A stretch of DNA of 64,000 nucleotides from a virus (Duplodnaviria > Caudoviricetes): positions 128,001-192,000 of IMG/VR virus record IMGVR_UViG_3300029288_000063. One strand, 5' to 3'. The notes under the pieces are model-generated. The model ran no database searches. It was given only the letters and a program-made list of their open reading frames with translations, and was not told the origin of the DNA. The stretch's first letter is position 1. Each line of letters starts with the position of its first letter. Positions 58,111 through 64,000 of the stretch are shown here, piece by piece. Made by a program: the position numbers and the translations under genes.

Positions 58111-59457
58111 GTGCTGAAATCCATTGAAATTGTAAACTTCGAAAGTCACGCCCACACCATTATGGAAGACTTTTCGCCGGGGTTCAACCTGATTCGTGGA
58201 CCATCAAACTTCGGGAAAACGTCTATCATCCGCGCCTTGCGTTTGGTTTGCTTCAACGAGTTTAATCCGGAATCCGTTCGTATTGGAACCAAGTTTTGCG
58301 AGGTGACGCTGACCACTGACCGTGGCGTCGTGAAGGTTCGTCGTGGTGAGAAGGTCAACAAGTGGGAGGTCACCCCTAAAGGAGAACAGACCAAACACTT
58401 TGAGAAAATCGGTACAGAGCTGTTGCCGGATGTTATCGAGGTCACTGGGATGCAGCCGGTTTCGTTGGGCAACGTCGCGTTCAATGCCAACATTATGGAC
58501 CAGCTCGAAGGTCATTTCCTCATTGACGAGTTGGATGGCAAAAGCGCGTCCGGTTCTATGCGTGCGCAGATTGTCGACGAGATTTCCGGGCTGTCGGGTA
58601 TCGAGGGGTTGATTCGTGAGGTTTCACTGGATAACCTCCGCAACGGCAAGGACGTCAAGCGTCTGGAGGAAGAAGCGAAAGAGTTGGTTTCCGGGATGTA
58701 CGATAAAGACTCCTTGGTTTCCGAAGAGGGGAAGCTTGATCAAGCCAGCAAGCTTCTCGCAATGTCCGAAGGGAAGCGGTCGCAAGCCAACGACATAGAT
58801 GAGGCTGCCGTTGATATTGGGAAGGCGCAGAAATCCGTTCAGGGTGCCCGTGGCGCGTTGGACGCCCTGCCGGATATAGAGAAGGCGCTTAAGAGGCTCA
58901 AAAGTGCGGACAAGTCCGCCTCGGACTTTTCCTCGATGTCGTCGTTTCTGTCGGCACACGTTAAAACAGAAGCCACGGCAACAGGTGTCCGGTTTGAGCT
59001 GATGTCGATTCCTGACTCGGATGGTGCGAAGGACTTGCTTATCCGTTCCGGCGAGATGATTGGTGATGTTTCGGAAGCGGTAGAGGTGCTGTCGTCTATC
59101 GGGAAAACAACGTCTACGATAGATGGGCTAAAGAAAGAACTTGAAGGGATTCCTGACGTTGTTGCTGTTTCGAAGGTTGCGAAGCGGTTGGACGGGTTGG
59201 TTGTCGATTTGGGTGGTATGGTGGAAATGATGGCTGCCCTCGGCAAAGCACAATCATCGTCCTCGTTGGCGCGTTGCGAGTTGGAGATTGCGTCTGAACA
59301 ATATGCTGCCGCCTGTACTGAGGTTGATGCCGTTTTAGCTGAAGTTTCAATTTGTCCGTTCTGTCAGAAGCCGATTGACGGTAAAGTTCATAAGCATGTG
59401 GAGCCTGTGGCAATTCAGGAACCTCCGGTTCGCCGGGCGCGAGTGAAAAAATCTTAG
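58111..59457 (+). CDS. sbcC: SbcC/Rad50-like ATPase, N-terminal half only
   Basis: NFESH, Walker A GPSNFGKT, coiled coil, ends after the CPFC hook; no signature motif or Walker B. Confidence 0.82.
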   Translation: MLKSIEIVNFESHAHTIMEDFSPGFNLIRGPSNFGKTSIIRALRLVCFNEFNPESVRIGTKFCEVTLTTDRGVVKVRRGEKVNKWEVTPKGEQTKHFEKIGTELLPDVIEVTGMQPVSLGNVAFNANIMDQLEGHFLIDELDGKSASGSMRAQIVDEISGLSGIEGLIREVSLDNLRNGKDVKRLEEEAKELVSGMYDKDSLVSEEGKLDQASKLLAMSEGKRSQANDIDEAAVDIGKAQKSVQGARGALDALPDIEKALKRLKSADKSASDFSSMSSFLSAHVKTEATATGVRFELMSIPDSDGAKDLLIRSGEMIGDVSEAVEVLSSIGKTTSTIDGLKKELEGIPDVVAVSKVAKRLDGLVVDLGGMVEMMAALGKAQSSSSLARCELEIASEQYAAACTEVDAVLAEVSICPFCQKPIDGKVHKHVEPVAIQEPPVRRARVKKS

Positions 59458-59467
59458 GGAGACGGTT

Positions 59468-59848
59468 ATGGTTGGTCGATTGGTGAAGGTCAATGTGAAC
59501 GGTGTTGGAATGGTGAGCGGCGTGCTGCTGCGTGACACCAAGGAGTTGATGATTATCCGTGGTGAAGACGGCATAGTAACCACGGTTGTCAAGAAGTGGG
59601 TGACGATGTTCCGGGTTGCAGATACCGAGCAGCGTCCGTGCATTTATGTTTATGGTGTTAAAGACGGTGATGGGAAGGATTCCGGCGTACGATTCTTCCG
59701 TGTGGGTGAACCGTCCGAAAACGATGGGAAGATTCTGCTTGGTGCCGTGTCTGTCAAAGGGAAGCCCTTCCTGCTGGGTGAAATCAGCGAGCTTTCCGAA
59801 GAAGAGCTGAAAAAATCATTGGATGGTACAATAACGGGTGATAACTGA
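59468..59848 (+). CDS. hypothetical protein
   Basis: RBS and ATG. Confidence 0.7.
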   Translation: MVGRLVKVNVNGVGMVSGVLLRDTKELMIIRGEDGIVTTVVKKWVTMFRVADTEQRPCIYVYGVKDGDGKDSGVRFFRVGEPSENDGKILLGAVSVKGKPFLLGEISELSEEELKKSLDGTITGDN

Positions 59849-59859
59849 GGGAGTGTGGC

Positions 59860-60120
59860 ATGCCGAAAGTTTTTGACACAGAAGGCTTGATGGAGAGAAT
59901 GCGTCAGGCCAGAGAGCGTGCGGATGAGCTGAGTGCAACCAAAAGTCGGTTGACCGGCGAGTTGGCGACCCATGAAAAGCGTTTGAAAGAGCTTGCGGAT
60001 GACTGCGAGAGACGCTTTGGGGTGACGGTTGAAGAATTGCCGGACAAGGTTTCCGCCCTGTATGCGGAGGCCGAAAAATTGGTGTTGGATGCCGAAAATA
60101 TTCTCGGTGAGGAGGAATGA
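59860..60120 (+). CDS. small coiled-coil protein
   Basis: RBS; heptad pattern. Confidence 0.7.
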   Translation: MPKVFDTEGLMERMRQARERADELSATKSRLTGELATHEKRLKELADDCERRFGVTVEELPDKVSALYAEAEKLVLDAENILGEEE

Positions 60121-60692
60121 TGTCGAATTTGTTTGTTGGTCTTGACCTGTCGCTGACGTCGTCGGGTATGTGTTTGAAATCTGACGGGAAGGTTGTTGTC
60201 ATCGAGTCGGTGAAGACGGTTCCGAATTACTTCACGTGTGACCTTGAGCGGTATGCGCATATCGTCGATAAGGTTCTTGCGTTCATCCCGGAAGATGTGG
60301 CGTTGGTTGTGGTCGAGGACTTCTTCACACCCACCAACTCCGCCCAAATCGGTTCGGCGATGAAGTTGATTGGTTTGGGTCATCTCGTTCGGATGCGCAT
60401 GTACCAAAAGAAGATTCCGTTTGTCGTGCCCGCGCCGACCCAGTTGAAGAAGTTTGTGTCCGGGAAAGGCACCTGCCCGAAGGACATGATTTGCAAGGAA
60501 GTTTGGAAGAAGTGGGCCGTCGACACAAGTGATGATGACCAAGCGGATGCCGTGGTTGGTGCTAATCTTGCGGAAACGTTGGCGTGTAAGATGCGTGGCG
60601 GGGATGTGACTGAACTCCCGAAGTATCAATTGGAAGTCGTTTCGGCGGTTCTGCAAGACCGTCCGTTCTACAACCGCGAGAGCTTCAAGTAA
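60117..60692 (+). CDS. ruvC: RuvC-like Holliday junction resolvase
   Basis: GLDLSLTSSG, VVED, P..LKKF.SGKG..K, DDQADA. Confidence 0.88.
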   Translation: MMSNLFVGLDLSLTSSGMCLKSDGKVVVIESVKTVPNYFTCDLERYAHIVDKVLAFIPEDVALVVVEDFFTPTNSAQIGSAMKLIGLGHLVRMRMYQKKIPFVVPAPTQLKKFVSGKGTCPKDMICKEVWKKWAVDTSDDDQADAVVGANLAETLACKMRGGDVTELPKYQLEVVSAVLQDRPFYNRESFK

Positions 60693-60720
60693 ACACCCAA
60701 CGACCTGCAATATTTTTTAT

Positions 60721-60752
60721 ATCCGTCCCGTGGTATGGGACGGATTTTTTTT
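60721..60752 (+). terminator. intrinsic terminator overlapped by a T6-ATA motif
   Basis: ATCCGTCCC/GGGACGGAT plus T-run. Confidence 0.8.
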
Positions 60753-60762
60753 GGAGACAAAA

Positions 60763-61074
60763 ATGTATAGATTGGTCGTTGCGAAAGAATTGGTTGCCAT
60801 CTCCAAGACGTTGGTAGGTACAACTATTCGCGAGAAACTGAAACAGTATCCTGTGCGTTCGCGTGTGTGGCGGTTGACACGTGAGCATGGTCGGGATGTT
60901 TTTGTTGCGGAAGCCTCCGATTTTGGTTCGTCTGTCATTGTTGACCCGTGGGGTCGCAAAATCGACATGCGCCACATGAAGGAAGATATTGCCGCCGAGG
61001 ATGAGATTGTTGGATGGAGTGGTCGCACCACGGTTGATGGTATTCCGGTTGACCTCTACATCATCAATGACTAA
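60763..61074 (+). CDS. hypothetical protein with N-terminal VAKELVAISKTL motif
   Basis: GGAG RBS. Confidence 0.75.
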   Translation: MYRLVVAKELVAISKTLVGTTIREKLKQYPVRSRVWRLTREHGRDVFVAEASDFGSSVIVDPWGRKIDMRHMKEDIAAEDEIVGWSGRTTVDGIPVDLYIIND

Positions 61075-61083
61075 GGAGTAGCG

Positions 61084-61479
61084 ATGAGTATTTGGGAACT
61101 CTACAAGTCCATTTTCAGCCTGAAGGCGGATGACTTTGTTTTGGAAGGCGTGAAGCGTTCCGGTGGCGGCGTAAACCGCTCGAAGGATAAGACCTATCGG
61201 TTTACGGTTGTCCTGTCTGCCCCTGCCCCGGTTCAGTCGTTGGAAATCAGCGAGTCGGTTCAGGTTGTCCTGATAAACCGTGCCCGGCGGTTGCTGAAGA
61301 AGTTGGCAGGTCCGGATTTGGTTGTGCCGGTTAAGTGGGAGGTTGCCACGAAAGACGGTGGGACGAAGAAGAAGACATTCAACTTCGCGGGCAGCATTAC
61401 ACCTCTAACTGTTCTCGGATTCGAGATTTATGACGGGAAGTTTTTTGTGAAAGCCGAAATGCACGGCGTGTTTTATTGA
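61084..61479 (+). CDS. hypothetical protein
   Basis: AAGGAG RBS. Confidence 0.75.
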   Translation: MSIWELYKSIFSLKADDFVLEGVKRSGGGVNRSKDKTYRFTVVLSAPAPVQSLEISESVQVVLINRARRLLKKLAGPDLVVPVKWEVATKDGGTKKKTFNFAGSITPLTVLGFEIYDGKFFVKAEMHGVFY

Positions 61480-62442
61480 TTATTTCCCGTCGTTTGCGTT
61501 TTCTGTCAGGATTTTGCGAAGTGGAAAAACGGGCGCAGTCGTCCGTTTTTTCATTTTGAAGTGGATGAGTCCGTCTCGAACCTCTGTTCCGGTAACCCAA
61601 GGGATTTGTCCGGCTGCCTCGCAGACCCGTGCGGCGAACCTGTGGGGGTTTGTGTCGTCGCTGCCAAGTTGTTGTGCCATCTTCTCGACTCCTATCGCGT
61701 AACGGCGGCGGTTCGGGAGAAAGCTGAGGAGCCAGCGCAGGAAAACCGTCAAAGATCCGCTTCCTTGTCCCTCCTTGTAGTGAATAAACCAAGGGTTTGT
61801 GATAAGTTGTTCGATGTATCCGGGTTGCAGGTGGTATTCTATTCCCGTTTGCCCGGCGTAGTGCCCGCTGACGATGGCGGCGTGTTCCAATGTTATGGCG
61901 GCGTTTTGGAGTCCTGCCTTGAGTGCGGTGCCGTTCTGTTTGTCGGCTATGCGAGCGAAGTCGCTGTATTCGATGGTCAGGATTCTATCCCGCATCCGCC
62001 CGCAAACGATATGGTTTCCGATGCAAAGCATGGTCTGAAAAGCCAGCAGTCCGATATGTCCGTGCTTTGCCCGGCGCGGGGCGAAACGTGGCAATGGCGT
62101 TCGTGGGGCGGCGAGCCAGAGGGTTCTATCAACGGTTGTCGTGTCGATGCTGAGCTGACGTCGTCCGGGATGGCTTGCAGCGTGGCATCGGTCGCAAAGG
62201 GTTGCCGCGCTGACAAGGTCGGATTGATGCCGGATAAGGACGTGGTTATAAGCCTCGTCCCAATCGCCGTAGAATTTGTGGTGGTCCGCGATGCTGTGAT
62301 AAAGACTTTCGATATGGTGGAGGGTTACATTCTCTGTGCTTCCACAGCGAATACAGGCGGCTGCCCGGTTTCTGTCGACCCATTCCGAGTATATTTTGGA
62401 TGCCCGGATGCGTCTGATAATTTCCTGCGCGTTGTTCTTCAT
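61480..62442 (-). CDS. HNH domain fused to a TrfA/Rep-like winged-helix region
   Basis: CIRCG....LHHI ... LCDRCH...H; C-terminal Y.I.VE.....LGSD.T...F...V.EA ... DGLIHFK recalls RK2 TrfA. Confidence 0.65.
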   Translation of the reverse strand: MKNNAQEIIRRIRASKIYSEWVDRNRAAACIRCGSTENVTLHHIESLYHSIADHHKFYGDWDEAYNHVLIRHQSDLVSAATLCDRCHAASHPGRRQLSIDTTTVDRTLWLAAPRTPLPRFAPRRAKHGHIGLLAFQTMLCIGNHIVCGRMRDRILTIEYSDFARIADKQNGTALKAGLQNAAITLEHAAIVSGHYAGQTGIEYHLQPGYIEQLITNPWFIHYKEGQGSGSLTVFLRWLLSFLPNRRRYAIGVEKMAQQLGSDDTNPHRFAARVCEAAGQIPWVTGTEVRDGLIHFKMKKRTTAPVFPLRKILTENANDGK

Positions 62443-62740
62443 GCCCAAATTATATTGTTTTCTTCGGAGATGTTGGTAAAAAAACCCGGAGTTGTTGGTA
62501 GATTGTCACTTTTTGCCCTATGTCTGACACGTTTTATAAAGCCATGTACTGTCTGGGTTTATGCGGTCGTTTTTGCCCGTTTGGCTCTTCGTTTCTTCCG
62601 GATAATAACTATAATAGAGTATGATTGTCCACCCTCTTTGGATACCCGGAATGCTCTTGGGGGTGCCTTATTGGGTTGTTGTTAATTATTCTTTTATTAG
62701 TTGCCAAAGTAAGAGGTTAATATCTGAAAGGAGTAGGAAA

Positions 62741-63085
62741 ATGTCGTCAAGTCGGATTGCGAAGGAACTGTGTGTGATTGCCCGTGAGTTGGTTGGTGCG
62801 TCTGATATTGAGACGAAGGCGAAGGGTATTGCGGACAAGATCAATCGTTCGTCGAAAGTTCTTGAGGTGAAGTATGAGGTTGAGGAGAAGCGTCCGGGTA
62901 CGGTGGTGGTCTATTTTCGTGTGGAGTTGAAAGCGGACCCGTATGTGAATCCCGAGGGTGGTGTTTCTGTGTCGAACAAGTTCCGCAACGAGATGGAAGC
63001 TGCGTGCAAGAATGCGTTCGGTGAGGAGATTGACTGGAACAACACTGGAACGACTGGTTGGGTGTATATCCGCGAGCAGGCGTGA
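62741..63085 (+). CDS. hypothetical protein with N-terminal IAKELCVIAREL motif
   Basis: AGGAG RBS. Confidence 0.75.
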   Translation: MSSSRIAKELCVIARELVGASDIETKAKGIADKINRSSKVLEVKYEVEEKRPGTVVVYFRVELKADPYVNPEGGVSVSNKFRNEMEAACKNAFGEEIDWNNTGTTGWVYIREQA

Positions 63086-63097
63086 GGTTTATCCACA

Positions 63098-63481
63098 ATG
63101 GGTCACAACTCGTCTGTAGCGCGTTCTTTGTTGCGTATAGCCCGTCTTATGCTCTCGGGTAAAGAAAAGCCGTCCACGGCGTTTGAGGCGGCTTTTTGGG
63201 ATGTTCGTGAGAAGCTTCGTGCGGTAAAGGATGAGTTATCGGGGCGTGCGCGTGCGGGTTTGGAGTCGCGTCTGGTGGGTGATTTGCGTGGGCGTGGGTA
63301 TGAGGTGTTGGGTTGTGAGGTGAAGCTTGGGAAGTTTCGCGGGTCGTATTTTGTGACGTCGTGTCCGTTGCAGGTGCGAGGTGAGGCGAAGGGTTTGGAG
63401 GGGTATTTGGTTCAGACCTATAGTCCGAAGTTTCGGTTGAAGTCGTTTGAGGGTGGTATTTCCGTGTTTAACGTTCGGTGA
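63098..63481 (+). CDS. hypothetical protein with N-terminal VARSLLRIARLM motif
   Basis: GAGG RBS. Confidence 0.7.
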   Translation: MGHNSSVARSLLRIARLMLSGKEKPSTAFEAAFWDVREKLRAVKDELSGRARAGLESRLVGDLRGRGYEVLGCEVKLGKFRGSYFVTSCPLQVRGEAKGLEGYLVQTYSPKFRLKSFEGGISVFNVR

Positions 63482-63491
63482 GGGTAGTTTT

Positions 63492-64000
63492 ATGGAAGCG
63501 ATTTCGTTGACGCGTAAGGAACATGACAAGTTTATGCCGCTGGGTGACGCCGATGCGAAGGTGCTTCAGGGCATCAAGTCGAAGTGGAGTTTGGGCGGCG
63601 TGGTGTATATGCCGAGGAACGATAGGGAATTGGCGTTTTTGAAGCGTGTGTTCAAGAAAGCGATGGATAAGCAGAAGCTTGCTGGTGATTGCGAAGGGGC
63701 TTCTTGGCTTTGGCGGCAAGCTTGTTGGCAAGGAGTTTCGTTTGACGTGGGGGAACCTTGGGCTGGAGCTTCAAGAGCTTCATGCGCCGGGTTTGAAGCG
63801 GCTTCGTTTGTTTCATGCGAACGTGTGGGGTGGTGGGAATTTCCGTATCCTGAATGTTGAAAACTTCGTGGACAAGGTTGCGCCGGGCATGAGTTATGAG
63901 CAGGCGAAGATGTCCATCCAGAAGCAAATCGACGAGATGAAGGTGCTTGAGGTAAAGAAGTATGGCACCGACCCGAAGCATATGCAGTATGCGGTAAACA
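63492..64000 (+). CDS. hypothetical protein, apparently frameshifted near 63680; runs off the window
   Basis: The +1 frame from 63679 (LLVIAKGLLG...) is open to the window end with protein-like composition. Confidence 0.5.

Noticed and set aside
61561-62685. 374-aa plus-strand ORF
   Set aside because: Antisense shadow of the HNH/TrfA-like gene; no recognisable motifs

Overview
Segment of a large (jumbo-type) dsDNA phage genome. It uses the standard genetic code, and all but one credible gene lie on the + strand. (1) 1-8.6 kb: tRNA/ncRNA island with 8 full-length tRNA genes, one partial tRNA, one chimeric tRNA remnant, a tmRNA (tag ANDNVRLAA) and three candidate structured RNAs. These are interleaved with an ATP-grasp protein, an HD-GYP phosphodiesterase, a ferredoxin-thioredoxin reductase catalytic subunit and an Rnl2-type RNA ligase. 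(2) 10-11 kb: spanin-like pair and a baseplate-type Ig-like protein. (3) 11-42.6 kb: replication/recombination core with SNF2, DnaB, a degenerate YhaM-like protein, primase, sigma factor, a Hel308/Ski2-like helicase split around an intein-bearing UDG, SSB, intein-bearing RecA, 5'-3' exonuclease, SbcD, DnaE, Dam-like MTase and GyrB/GyrA. (4) 42.6-57 kb: accessory genes (radical SAM, alarmone hydrolase, LigA, CoaB, CoaC-M23 fusion, ClpS). (5) 58-64 kb: half-SbcC, RuvC, a lone minus-strand HNH/TrfA-like gene and small proteins sharing a helical motif. Best leads: three CDSs whose stop codons lie inside the downstream tRNA/tmRNA, the cleanly split helicase, two recurring promoter-like motifs (TTTT-N12-CGAT, and T6-9-ATA coupled to RBS-occluding hairpins), the CoaC-M23 fusion and the HNH-TrfA fusion. 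All family calls come from motif recognition by eye; no searches were run.
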